Made by a program: the position numbers and the translations under genes. From Candidatus Berkelbacteria bacterium (lineage in GTDB: Bacteria; Patescibacteriota; UBA1384; DTJR01): a stretch of 64,000 nt of DNA. The stretch is taken from assembly GCA_026397175.1 (NCBI GenBank), contig JAPLVK010000022.1, positions 5,689 to 69,688 on the forward strand, given 5' to 3'. Positions 30,645 to 40,149 of the stretch are shown here, one piece after another. The first letter of the stretch is position 1. Each line of letters starts with the position of its first letter. A model generated the notes under the pieces. That model searched no databases, was not told the DNA's origin, and was given only the letters and a program-made list of their open reading frames with translations.

Positions 30645-30923
30645 TCATTTTCCCGCTGCTGGATTGAAGCCGGTCTCAAAGTGATAATCGTTTTGCCCAT
30701 GCAGAATTGCCGAGGCCTGCGCGCGGGCGCGAACGGACTGGATGCTAGATGGAGGTAACTTGCCTGCAATTCGATAAAATGCTTTTGCTTTCTTATAACG
30801 CTCGACATAAACTGCGATCTTATTTTGAGGCAAAAACAATTTTACCGCGACCAAACCAACCACCACTCCCAGCACCAAACCCAATAACAATGTATAAATT
30901 TTTATTTTCTTCTTGTGTCTCAT
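30645..30923 (-). CDS. Small membrane hypothetical protein
   Basis: 92-aa ORF with basic N-terminus and TM helix, co-oriented in the cluster. Confidence 0.55.
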   Translation of the reverse strand: MRHKKKIKIYTLLLGLVLGVVVGLVAVKLFLPQNKIAVYVERYKKAKAFYRIAGKLPPSSIQSVRARAQASAILHGQNDYHFETGFNPAAGK

Positions 30924-30930
30924 GTCTCAT

Positions 30931-31377
30931 TTAATGCACAATGCCGTCTACATGCCATTTGGTAACAGTAGCATTTTCCGCTGGGTTTACCCGACAATTT
31001 TCTGGCAAACCGTTAACAAACACAACGCCATCCCTACCGTAGCTGGTTATATAATCAGTCGTTCCGCCATTCTGCTCTTCGATGTTTTGGGCTGAAGAAA
31101 TTCTACCAAAAGTACCTGCGACACGCGGACCGGTGAAGTCAATCCAACCGCCAGGTTGTGCACAACGAGATACACCTAAAACTTCCGTTGCCGTCCAATC
31201 CTCGGCAAAACATCCGGTACCTCCGGCCGCATCCGAACATGTACCAACATCTGTCGCTTTGGCTTCTTTTGCCCCTTTATTTCCTTTTGAGATGCCGACT
31301 CCGGTCCAGACCACGGCAGCTATTATTGCAAGAACTGCCCCAATACCGATTCCAACATAAAAACTTTTTTTCTTCAC
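30931..31377 (-). CDS. Membrane-anchored hypothetical protein
   Basis: RBS AGGAG, GTG start, TM helix, four Cys; AKA signal-peptidase-like site. Confidence 0.65.
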   Translation of the reverse strand: MKKKSFYVGIGIGAVLAIIAAVVWTGVGISKGNKGAKEAKATDVGTCSDAAGGTGCFAEDWTATEVLGVSRCAQPGGWIDFTGPRVAGTFGRISSAQNIEEQNGGTTDYITSYGRDGVVFVNGLPENCRVNPAENATVTKWHVDGIVH

Positions 31378-31443
31378 TCTCTCCTCCTTTTTTCCGCAAC
31401 CAGCGGAATTAATTTATAATTTATGCATACACATCTTAATGAT

Positions 31444-31923
31444 CTATGGCGTCAGATTAAAAGAATAAGTAAAGGTATTTTTGCCTTTCTTGAGCTCAAT
31501 ATTCGAACCCTCCTTATTACCAACTATAGTAATTTTACCATCGGGTACAGTAAAACCCGTAATCGGTCTTGGTTCTCCGTCAGCTGGTTTAAAAGTAATT
31601 AAACCACTATCATTCAGCGCAGTAGCGGGAACAATATCTTCAATTGTGTAATCCTTTCTGGAACTACTTGGTTCATAAACCGTCAACTCAACATTTACTC
31701 TCTCCCCCGCCTCAAAAGTGGCATTTTCCTGGGTGCCTTTTAAGATTCGTTTGGTAACCAAAAGTGATCCGCTCGAAGAAGCCCCCTCTGGCAATGCCCT
31801 GGCTCTTTTTATCGGCCCTTTGCTGTAGAAGTTAAAAAAGACGCTGGCGCCAATAAAAACAATCAGTAAATACACAAAGTACTGACCGAAAAATGCCGGA
31901 AAATACCTTAATCGTTCTTTCAT
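31444..31923 (-). CDS. Secreted hypothetical protein (single Ig/DUF11-like domain)
   Basis: TM helix, ARA motif, LVTKR...FEAGE...IEDIVP, paralogous to the N-terminus of 29138-30622. Confidence 0.6.
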   Translation of the reverse strand: MKERLRYFPAFFGQYFVYLLIVFIGASVFFNFYSKGPIKRARALPEGASSSGSLLVTKRILKGTQENATFEAGERVNVELTVYEPSSSRKDYTIEDIVPATALNDSGLITFKPADGEPRPITGFTVPDGKITIVGNKEGSNIELKKGKNTFTYSFNLTP

Positions 31924-31988
31924 TCCCCTCCGGAGATAAAGTTTATCTTATTTAACAATACCAAAAAATTTCAAAAATCAAAGTATTT

Positions 31989-32432
31989 TTATTCTTCCTG
32001 CTCGATTCCCCTAACAAAATCATACCATTTCTGCGGGTTTGATTTATGGATTTGAATTGAAGGATTTTGGTTGACCGGCGCAAAAACATCGGGAATCGTT
32101 TCTGCCGAGGGTTCTACTTTAACAGAAACAACCTTCTCGCCAGGCATTTTGAATCCAAGTTTTTTTCGCGCCTCAAGTTCCTGAAAAGCCCCGGTCTGAT
32201 AATACGCAATCAGTGTTTCTAGCCGCGCTTTATCCTGATTTACCTGTTTTAAATCATTTTTTAAAGAATGAATTTTCTGATTGGTTTGATAATTTATTGA
32301 AATCGCTTGGTAAAGAAGAAAAATTGCGTAGGCAATAACCAATAAAATTATAATGGATAGATAATTAAAGCCCGGTTTCCCCGCTGTGTCATTATTTGAT
32401 TCAGAATTAATTTGAGAATTATCCACGAACAA
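31989..32432 (-). CDS. Septum formation initiator (FtsB/DivIC family)
   Basis: TM helix, coiled coil, ELEARKKLGFKMPGEKV. Confidence 0.8.
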   Translation of the reverse strand: MFVDNSQINSESNNDTAGKPGFNYLSIIILLVIAYAIFLLYQAISINYQTNQKIHSLKNDLKQVNQDKARLETLIAYYQTGAFQELEARKKLGFKMPGEKVVSVKVEPSAETIPDVFAPVNQNPSIQIHKSNPQKWYDFVRGIEQEE

Positions 32433-32460
32433 ATTATACCAAAATTAGCGCAGGTTAAAT

Positions 32461-34221
32461 CTACCAACGGGTTTCGCGTTTTGGAGAGTCGTCTTTTTCA
32501 GCTATTTTTGACAATTCGTCATTTGTCTTAGGACTTTTATCTTTAATATTTTTTTCAAGAACAGAAAAGGAATTTTCTTTAGGCAGATCGTCCCCTAAAC
32601 GGCTACTTCCCTTAGTCGAGTTTGAAGCCACAACCCACTCATAGCCATAGTAGCCGGCAGCCGCTAGCGCGCTGGCAAGAGCAACCATAGCCAAAATCAA
32701 TATCCAAACACTCCAATTGACGCCCAAATCCCTTGTGTCAGAAGATGAAGAAATCTGCCCTACTTTGGCGACTTCCTCCGGTTTTGGCTGTGCTGGCTGC
32801 GTTGGAGATGCCTGGATGTCTCGATAAATAATTTGTGGCTTAACATCTTGCGTTTGTTCGACATCGCTTGACTGTTGTTCGGTAACTACCGCTATTTTCG
32901 GCAGTGATTTTTGAGAAATTTCAAATGATGAAAGTTGAATTTTACTTACATTCAAGGCCTTATCGGTTACGGTCAAATAAACTACATGGCTTCCAATCGG
33001 CAGATTGGTCGAATCAATCTCCAGCCGCCAACTCCCTGTCCCATCCGCCGTAGTATTAAAAACAAGCGGATCAGAGAAAATCTCCAATTTAACATTGGCG
33101 TACGGTTCGGTTTCTCCGCTAAAAACAAGGGTTGTCCCTTGCTCAATTTTCCCAGACGGACTTTGCGTTACGCCCGCTTGAGGAGCAGTTGTGTCAACAG
33201 AAAAATTGATAATTTCGGAGGTCTTATTTAGCGCCAGGTCTGTTGCCGATAGCGTGAGAATGTGATCGCCATCAGCCAAATTTATTAAGTTAACAACAGT
33301 TGGGTCAAGGTTTGTGCCGTCAAGATTTATAACGACCGGACTTAAATCGGCAACGCTGTATGTTAAGGGAATCGTACTTTGATTATAGGCAAAGTCGTTT
33401 TGGGGCGAGGTAACGCTCACTTGCGGAGAGTTAGCATCAATTTGAAAATCAATAGGAATTTCTTTTTGATTGTAAATTTGGCAGTTATCTGCAAAATCAC
33501 ATATATCTACATTTTCAACGGTAATTTTAGCCGCCGCATCCAAGTCGCCTTCTTGGATAATATAATTCGATTGATAAAATATGTTTTTACCTGATCCTAT
33601 CTTATAGAAAGTTAATGCACGATCGTACAAATTGGCATTGATGGACTTAATATCTGTCGAGATTACAGCGGGCATGAAAATAATATTGACACTATCTCCA
33701 ACACCAAGGACTATTTTATTCTTAAGGGCAAGTGGTTTCTCTGCGCTAAAAGTTCCGGTTGGAGTAGCAAAGTCGGCGATAAAACTTAACGGAGCGGCAA
33801 GAATATTTTGGTATTCAGCGTCCTTCGTGGCTCTCGCTTTAATGTAAATTTTGTGTGAAACATTGTTGTCGGATACACCGTAGTCGAGCAGCGATTTTAA
33901 ATCAGCTAAACTGCTTGTTTTGGAGGAAAAATAATAGTCGGTTGTATTATCATAAATCCTTTCGTCAAAAGGCAAAGCCGTATTATCCAAAAAAGCCGCG
34001 ATATCATAGGGCTTTAGTTCGTCTGCTAGATTTAGATAAACCCTGAATCCGGTGTTTGATAAGTTTAAATAACCTTCCGGCGTTAATGATTTATTGGGCA
34101 AGGAAACAAATTGAGCCGTAGTAACACCTTCCGCTGCTTTGGCTTCAGATGGTTTTATTAAAAAACTAAAGGAGGAAAATATAATCGAAACCACAAGGAT
34201 AAGATTGAGAAGTTTTTTCAT
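32461..34221 (-). CDS. Surface protein with Ig-like (Big) domains and C-terminal TM anchor
   Basis: Signal peptide, DGDHILTLSATDLALN, GETEPYA...ADGTGSW. Confidence 0.75.
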   Translation of the reverse strand: MKKLLNLILVVSIIFSSFSFLIKPSEAKAAEGVTTAQFVSLPNKSLTPEGYLNLSNTGFRVYLNLADELKPYDIAAFLDNTALPFDERIYDNTTDYYFSSKTSSLADLKSLLDYGVSDNNVSHKIYIKARATKDAEYQNILAAPLSFIADFATPTGTFSAEKPLALKNKIVLGVGDSVNIIFMPAVISTDIKSINANLYDRALTFYKIGSGKNIFYQSNYIIQEGDLDAAAKITVENVDICDFADNCQIYNQKEIPIDFQIDANSPQVSVTSPQNDFAYNQSTIPLTYSVADLSPVVINLDGTNLDPTVVNLINLADGDHILTLSATDLALNKTSEIINFSVDTTAPQAGVTQSPSGKIEQGTTLVFSGETEPYANVKLEIFSDPLVFNTTADGTGSWRLEIDSTNLPIGSHVVYLTVTDKALNVSKIQLSSFEISQKSLPKIAVVTEQQSSDVEQTQDVKPQIIYRDIQASPTQPAQPKPEEVAKVGQISSSSDTRDLGVNWSVWILILAMVALASALAAAGYYGYEWVVASNSTKGSSRLGDDLPKENSFSVLEKNIKDKSPKTNDELSKIAEKDDSPKRETRW

Positions 34222-34367
34222 AAAATTGTTCTTGTTATTTGGGTTGGGGGCCAAAAAAAGCCCCGCATAAAATCACCTTTTGATTTGCGAGGCCATAGCT
34301 TGTATGCCATAGCTTTATCTTTTCGACTGTAGCAAAGAAAAATAGGTTGTCAAGAGTTCTTGGGCGA

Positions 34368-34408
34368 TATAACAAAAGTCCCGGTCAATCACCGGGGCTT
34401 TTGTTATA
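34368..34408. terminator. Bidirectional intrinsic terminator
   Basis: TATAACAAAAGTCCCGGT...ACCGGGGCTTTTGTTATA. Confidence 0.65.
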
Positions 34409-34479
34409 AATTATCGGATATTTTTTGAGACCCTTCATCGAACCCTCCTTGTTATGTATTGATAAAATTTTGCTATATT

Positions 34480-34980
34480 TTATTCTTTACCAAACATTTG
34501 GACGAATACATTGGTACTCCTTCCTTCGAAATTACCTGTTAATTCGGCAAATCCAAAATCAGAGTAATTTTTTGAGGCAATGTTAGCTAAATGAGAAGGG
34601 CTGTTTAACCAAGCATCGAATGTTTGCTCTTGGGAATCAAAGTCAACACCCAAATTTTCTCCGGCAAATCTATAAGAGTAGTCCTCGGATAAAATAAAAT
34701 CCCAGGCCTTCTTGCCATCGGGCGAAGTATGATCAAAATATTGTTTATTTAAAATATCCTGCGCTTTATCGTCAGCGGCTTTAGCTAATTTATCGTTCCA
34801 CTTTAACTGGGATAAATGATTTTGAGTTCTATAATTATTGACTAAATTTAAAGAAATTTGATCGGAAGGGACAAGAGTGGAAGCAGAGGTCTTATCGGAG
34901 TTAATAATAATTAGACCGGATCCAAAAATTATAAAGGTGAAGACAGATGCGATGAGTACTGGTTTAAATATTTTTTTCAT
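34480..34980 (-). CDS. CAP/SCP domain protein
   Basis: VNNYR, YFDHTSPDG, AGENL, WLNSPSHLANI. Confidence 0.9.
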   Translation of the reverse strand: MKKIFKPVLIASVFTFIIFGSGLIIINSDKTSASTLVPSDQISLNLVNNYRTQNHLSQLKWNDKLAKAADDKAQDILNKQYFDHTSPDGKKAWDFILSEDYSYRFAGENLGVDFDSQEQTFDAWLNSPSHLANIASKNYSDFGFAELTGNFEGRSTNVFVQMFGKE

Positions 34981-35119
34981 TTTCCTCCTTGAGTCAACTC
35001 ACGATCGTATATTAACTATAAATAGTATAACATGTTATATAGGATATGTCAAGCTAGCACTGTATACCTTATTTTGTTCAATAAATTTTAGTAGCAAGCT
35101 TGCAGCTTGCAGGATTAAT

Positions 35120-35293
35120 ATTAAAACCAAAGGGGCTTCTTGCGAGGCAGCCCCTACGGTTTTAATGATTCCCTACCCTGCACGCTCAAAAGCATGATTT
35201 TCTTTCTGTGGAATATCCTTCCGGAATTCATCCTTGGGCAGGTTTGCCAAGGTATTCAGTTCCGGCTTTCCACGAAGCGAAAATCATCTTTTG
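35120..35293. ncRNA. Two-hairpin structured element, copy B (unassigned)
   Basis: Hairpin 35120-35166, linker ending CCCTGCACGCT, long hairpin 35187-35293. Confidence 0.55.
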
Positions 35294-35355
35294 TTAAAGG
35301 AAAGGAATATTTTTTAAAAAAATCGCGTTTCGGTTTGCGAAGCGAACACGATATA

Positions 35356-35375
35356 CCTGCCTACCGGCAGGCAGG
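35356..35375. repeat. Short palindromic repeat CCTGCCTACCGGCAGGCAGG
   Basis: Hairpin next to the tRNA 3' end; related copy at 19320-19340. Confidence 0.65.
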
Positions 35376-35380
35376 CGCGA

Positions 35381-35455
35381 TGGTCGGCCCGGCAGGGTTC
35401 GAACCTGCGACATTTCGCTTATAAGACGAATGCTCTACCCCTGAGCTACGGGCCG
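35381..35455 (-). tRNA. tRNA-Ile (UAU)
   Basis: CGGCCCGTAGCTCAGGGGTAGAGCA TTCGT CT TAT AA GCGAA ATGTC GCAGG TTCGAAC CCTGC CGGGCCG A CCA. Confidence 0.9.
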
Positions 35456-35563
35456 AAATAATGGGTTCGTAAAAGACGATTTTATTTTACCCCAATACCC
35501 CCTTGCTTTTCAAGTTTTTCGTTTGTATCATTAATATGTTGGAAAAAAAATTATCAAAATAAC

Positions 35564-36997
35564 TTGGTAACAAAAAAGGCCTTGGTTGACCATATTACCA
35601 GAAAAAGTTATGGATATTATTTCATAACTGTTTTTATGGTTTGTCTCATAATTTTAGCCCTGGCTTACGGATCATTTTTGTACTTTGGTCTAAACAAATC
35701 CCTGCCACGACTGCAACTATTTTCAGAAAATGTCGGATATAAAACAGAAGCGGAATTATCTAAAATAATTAATTCGATCAGTGAAAAACAACAGAACAAA
35801 ATTGTTCAAATTGAATTTGAGGGAGATCTTAAAGTCAAGAATTTTTCCGAACTCGGTATCTCTGTTGATAAAACCAAAACGGTTGACAAAGTCATGAAAT
35901 ATGGAAAAACAAAAAATATTTTTCCGAATTTTTCTTATTTTAAAAATACCCTGATTAACCCCGTTGATGTTAGTCCAAAAATATTATGGAAAATGGATGC
36001 CCAGAAGAATTTTTCTGATTTGTTTCAAGATAAAAAAACGGACTCAAAAAACCCTTCTTTAAATTTGGATGGAAATGAAATAAAGGTTGAGCCGGAACAA
36101 GAGGGATACGCTCCGGATTATGGCAAGATGATGAAAGAAGTGGAGAAATGTTTTATTTCTTCTTGTAAGGACAAGATTGTCGCCTCAAAGGTCTCAATAA
36201 AACCGAATGTTACCAAGGGCGATATCGAGCACTATATCCCCCAAATTTCCGACTTCATCGGCATTAAGTTCGTTTTTAAGACGGACTATAAAAATATCTA
36301 CCCGACAAAAGCCGATTTGCTTGGTTTGGTTGATATTGAGCGAACCGTTTTAAGCCAAAATGTTTCTTTTTCGGACCAGGCAATCTCCGACTATCTCGAT
36401 TCGGTTTCGTCAAAAATCAACACGAAGGGCTCTAAAAAAATAATTTCATCGGTTGATAATACGGTTATTTCTGAAGGAAAAGAAGCGCAAGAACTTGATA
36501 TTACAAAAAGCAAGGAAAGTGTAAAGAAGGCGCTTGAAAACCAAACAAGAACTATTGAATTGGCAGTCGTAACAAAGCCAATCGAGGAGGAAACATTTAC
36601 ACCCGGGAATAATCCCGGTAAATACCCCGGTAAATATATAGAAGTTAACCTTTCTGAACAGACCTTGTATCTGTTTGACGGTTCAACTCCTCAAGGAACT
36701 TTTAAGGTTTCAACCGGCAAATGGTCAATGCCTACCCCCGAAGGAGAATATTCGATTAACAACAAAGACCCGAGGGCCTATTCGCGAGAATACAATCTTT
36801 ATATGCCCTATTGGATGTCGTTCATCGGATCGCAATATGGCATCCACGAGCTCCCGGAATGGCCAGATGGGACAAAAGAGGGAGAGGGGCATCTAGGAAC
36901 ACCCGTTTCGCATGGTTGTATCCGTTTAGGTAGAGGTGCAGCCGAACAGGTTTATAATTGGGCTGATATTGGAACTACGGTTTTTATACACAGATAA
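35564..36997 (+). CDS. L,D-transpeptidase (YkuD family) with N-terminal anchor
   Basis: IEVNLSEQ, VSTG...TPEG, GIH, SHGCIRL. Confidence 0.9.
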   Translation: MVTKKALVDHITRKSYGYYFITVFMVCLIILALAYGSFLYFGLNKSLPRLQLFSENVGYKTEAELSKIINSISEKQQNKIVQIEFEGDLKVKNFSELGISVDKTKTVDKVMKYGKTKNIFPNFSYFKNTLINPVDVSPKILWKMDAQKNFSDLFQDKKTDSKNPSLNLDGNEIKVEPEQEGYAPDYGKMMKEVEKCFISSCKDKIVASKVSIKPNVTKGDIEHYIPQISDFIGIKFVFKTDYKNIYPTKADLLGLVDIERTVLSQNVSFSDQAISDYLDSVSSKINTKGSKKIISSVDNTVISEGKEAQELDITKSKESVKKALENQTRTIELAVVTKPIEEETFTPGNNPGKYPGKYIEVNLSEQTLYLFDGSTPQGTFKVSTGKWSMPTPEGEYSINNKDPRAYSREYNLYMPYWMSFIGSQYGIHELPEWPDGTKEGEGHLGTPVSHGCIRLGRGAAEQVYNWADIGTTVFIHR

Positions 36998-37062
36998 AAG
37001 CTAGTTTAAAGGTTAAAGTTAAAGAAAATTCTTTTGCAATCCTGAAACGGGGAAATACAAAT

Positions 37063-37803
37063 TTACTTTTTGGGGTCGGTTAGTTTAGTACTTGTTGGTT
37101 TGTGAGGTGTTGCTTTGATTGGGATTTTTTTGGACTTTTTTTCCTCTACCTTGGGCAATTTGATTTCAAGAATTCCATTTTCCATCTTGGCATCGGCACG
37201 ATCTGCATTCACATAATTTGGAAGTCCGATAATTCTTGAGAATGAACCAAAAGAACTCTCGAGATGGTAATAGTTCTCTTTTTTAATTTCCTCTTTGAGT
37301 TTTCTTTCCCCTCTTATAATTATCTTGTCGTTTTCAACCTCGAGCTCAATATCTTTTTCTTCGACACCGGGAAGATCGGCTTCGATAATGAGTTCTTTGT
37401 CTGTTTCGCGGATGCCAATCGTAGGATGAAAAACCACGGGATTTTTACTCATTAATGATGGTTCCTCGAAAAACCTATCCACTGTCTCCCTAAGAGACAT
37501 TATCTCCCTTAAAGGAGACCACGGAAGAAGATCTCTGTTCATAATATTCTCCTTTTTATTTTCTATTGAATTTTGTTCGTCGATATTTTCATCGTTGTTT
37601 TGTCTAAAAATAAATTCAACCGGCATACCAAATAATTCCGAAACCCTCAAGGCCAGAGCAACCGAAGGGACACATTTGCCCGATTCCAGTGAAATGATGG
37701 ATTGTCTTGAAATGCCAAGACGATCCGCCATTTCGCCTTGGGTGATTTCGGCAATTTCGCGGTATTTTTTAAGATGTGAGGCCAGTTCTTTTTTAACAAC
37801 CAT
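37063..37803 (-). CDS. XRE-family HTH fused to Hsp20 small heat-shock protein
   Basis: ITQGEMADRLGISRQSIISLESGKCVPS; ADLPGV, ESSFGSFSR, ENGILEIKLPK. Confidence 0.88.
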   Translation of the reverse strand: MVVKKELASHLKKYREIAEITQGEMADRLGISRQSIISLESGKCVPSVALALRVSELFGMPVEFIFRQNNDENIDEQNSIENKKENIMNRDLLPWSPLREIMSLRETVDRFFEEPSLMSKNPVVFHPTIGIRETDKELIIEADLPGVEEKDIELEVENDKIIIRGERKLKEEIKKENYYHLESSFGSFSRIIGLPNYVNADRADAKMENGILEIKLPKVEEKKSKKIPIKATPHKPTSTKLTDPKK

Positions 37804-37806
37804 AAG

Positions 37807-37838
37807 CAAATTGTAAAGTACACTTTACAATTTGTCAA
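37807..37838 (-). promoter_or_regulatory. Leaderless sigma70 promoter overlapped by a 12-bp inverted-repeat operator
   Basis: TTGACA (37838-33), 17 nt, TACAAT (37815-10), 6 nt, ATG; CAAATTGTAAAG-TACA-CTTTACAATTTG. Confidence 0.8.
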
Positions 37839-37851
37839 GAGAGATCTCGTG

Positions 37852-40149
37852 CTAAGATATAACCGATGAATTCGGTGTTAGAGGTCTGGGCGGTAAATTG
37901 TTAGGTATTGGAGTCGAAGCAACATGCTCATGACCAATTTGTCTCAACTGAAGCGTAACTTGTCCCAAATCAGAGACCTTGTTAATTGTAAAGAGAGCTG
38001 AACGAGTACCTTGGTATCCGGCCTTTGAAGCATCAAAACGATACTGCCCGGGGCTTAAATTGATAGTGAATCTCCCATCGTCTCCAGTTACTAAAGTTGA
38101 TTTAATTTTCCCCGTAGCATCAAGAACACGAATCATAACAAGACCAAGAGGATTATTTTTCTCATCACGAGCTAAACCGTATGTCCTCTTTTTAAAAAGA
38201 TATAAAATTTCAACTGTCCATAAAATGACATAAAGACCAGCGATTGCAAAATCATACCATTTACCATACGAATAAACCGCGTAGCCGGCCAAAAGAGTAC
38301 CCACTATCATAATAGGAAACCGAATATTGTCAAAGACCTTTTTAGTTATTCTCAAAGCAGTTACCATCGTAAGATCGAGGGCTGCGGCCCGGCTTTGATC
38401 GAGTGGGATATTAATATGAATTGGGGCTTTGTCTGTTTGAGCAGAGGTATTAATTTCGACAACACCTCCCTTGTAAATATCGGCATACCGACCATCGGTA
38501 CTCCCTATAACAATATGTGTCGGGAAGGAATAACCGAGTTTTGATGCGGTAATTGTATATCGGCCTGGCGGGATAAGGAAGCCAAAACTTCCCTCTTCGT
38601 TTGAAGTTTGCGTTTCGCGAAGTCGAGAATCAACTTCAGAGAATATCCTCAAAGTTGCTTTAGCAATCGGTTTTTTATTGATGGCGTCATAGATAATTCC
38701 CCAGGCCGGTTTTTCTTTGGGCCACGCCGGAGGAGCAAAAAGTGAAAATAGCCAGGCAAGAATTCGAATCAAAGCAGGAATTGCAGAGATTGCAGAGATA
38801 ATTGATGAGGCGGCAATTGCGAAAACAGAACCCAAAACCAAAAGAAGATTTGTTGTGTTGGTTTGTCCTTCGTCGCCTAAAAATCCACCTATACCACCAG
38901 AGCCCCTGATTTTAAATCTATCGGAGTCGCATCTTGAAACCGTCTTACCATCTTGCTCCATCCCGAGAACTCTGATTTTAGCTTTTGAGCTTGCTTTGCT
39001 GGGTGTAAAATCATTTACACCAGAGTTGTCAGCGCCCAGGATAATTGGCTCGGGATATGTATCGCCATTATCATAAGACAAAAATATGCTAACTGTCTTG
39101 ATTGGAGGGATTTGCGTAGAGTTCCTGTCAATCCAGAGAACCTGATAAAGGGTACCGATATCCCATGTGTCAGAGTCCTTGGGTGAAATGATATCCATGA
39201 AACAATCTAAAAGAGGAGTTTGGGTTGGACTGGGTGGTGGACAAATATTTGGCGCAGTGCACAAACAACTTGGATCGGTACAGTTACAATCCGGACCAGT
39301 ACAGCCACACTTACCACCCACACATTTACATTCTTCGCCCTCACAAGGACAACTATTATCCGTACAACACTGATTGCCGTTACAAGGAGTACCGGTTGGA
39401 ACGGCAGTTGGACTTGGGCAGTTGGAACCCGTACAGATTGGAGTAGTCGTTGGACTTGGGCAGTAAACTCCAATACAAGGAGTACCGGTTGGTGTAGCAG
39501 TCGGGGTTGGACAGTTAGGACCAGTACAGGAGGTTGGTTCGGTGGTGGGTTGTGAGGTTGGAGCTGATGTAGGAGCGGAGGTTGGGGCGGAAGTCGGGCC
39601 GGATGTTGCAGTTGTGGTGGCGGTGGCTGTATTGGTCGCAGTCGCCGTTGTTGTTGCGGTAGGCGTGGCCGTAGCAGTTGCAGTCCCGGTGGCAGTGGCC
39701 GTAGTGGTCGCAGTCGCGGTAGCAGTTACAGTCCCGGTATCAGTCGCCGTAGCTGTTGGTCCTCCGGTAGTATAAACGAAATTTGCTTCATCGGAATAAT
39801 CACTCCAGACCAAATGCTGGTCTTCATATCTTACTTTCCAGTAATATGTTATTCCTTCAGAAAAAGTTGCTGCGGGAATTGTGATTGTCGTTAAATTAAC
39901 GGCGTCTGTCCCAGAATCAAAAACAGTCGTGGTAGAATTGCGCACCACCCATTGAGAGGCCACATGAGTATCTTCTGCGTCAGAATCGGAAAAAGCCGAG
40001 CCGGTCAAAGTAACATCACCGACCGCGGCAATTGTCTTTTGTTGCATCACAAAAACAGAAAAAGCCAACAGTAAAAATAGGACAACACTAAAATATTTCC
40101 CGAAGACCGATCTAGTTCGTCCCCTTCTTTTACTCATCATTAATATCAT
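37852..40149 (-). CDS. Membrane surface protein with Thr/Ala/Pro repeats, Cys-rich repeats and carboxypeptidase-regulatory-like domains
   Basis: Signal peptide, YYWKVRY, (TA)n tract, CTGPNC repeats, GSFGFL...GRYTITASK. Confidence 0.75.
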   Translation of the reverse strand: MILMMSKRRGRTRSVFGKYFSVVLFLLLAFSVFVMQQKTIAAVGDVTLTGSAFSDSDAEDTHVASQWVVRNSTTTVFDSGTDAVNLTTITIPAATFSEGITYYWKVRYEDQHLVWSDYSDEANFVYTTGGPTATATDTGTVTATATATTTATATGTATATATPTATTTATATNTATATTTATSGPTSAPTSAPTSAPTSQPTTEPTSCTGPNCPTPTATPTGTPCIGVYCPSPTTTPICTGSNCPSPTAVPTGTPCNGNQCCTDNSCPCEGEECKCVGGKCGCTGPDCNCTDPSCLCTAPNICPPPSPTQTPLLDCFMDIISPKDSDTWDIGTLYQVLWIDRNSTQIPPIKTVSIFLSYDNGDTYPEPIILGADNSGVNDFTPSKASSKAKIRVLGMEQDGKTVSRCDSDRFKIRGSGGIGGFLGDEGQTNTTNLLLVLGSVFAIAASSIISAISAIPALIRILAWLFSLFAPPAWPKEKPAWGIIYDAINKKPIAKATLRIFSEVDSRLRETQTSNEEGSFGFLIPPGRYTITASKLGYSFPTHIVIGSTDGRYADIYKGGVVEINTSAQTDKAPIHINIPLDQSRAAALDLTMVTALRITKKVFDNIRFPIMIVGTLLAGYAVYSYGKWYDFAIAGLYVILWTVEILYLFKKRTYGLARDEKNNPLGLVMIRVLDATGKIKSTLVTGDDGRFTINLSPGQYRFDASKAGYQGTRSALFTINKVSDLGQVTLQLRQIGHEHVASTPIPNNLPPRPLTPNSSVIS

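Noticed and set aside
35215-35230. TCCGGAAGGA on the - strand resembling the SRP RNA tetraloop
   Set aside because: Flanking CAGG/AGCA internal loop is absent.
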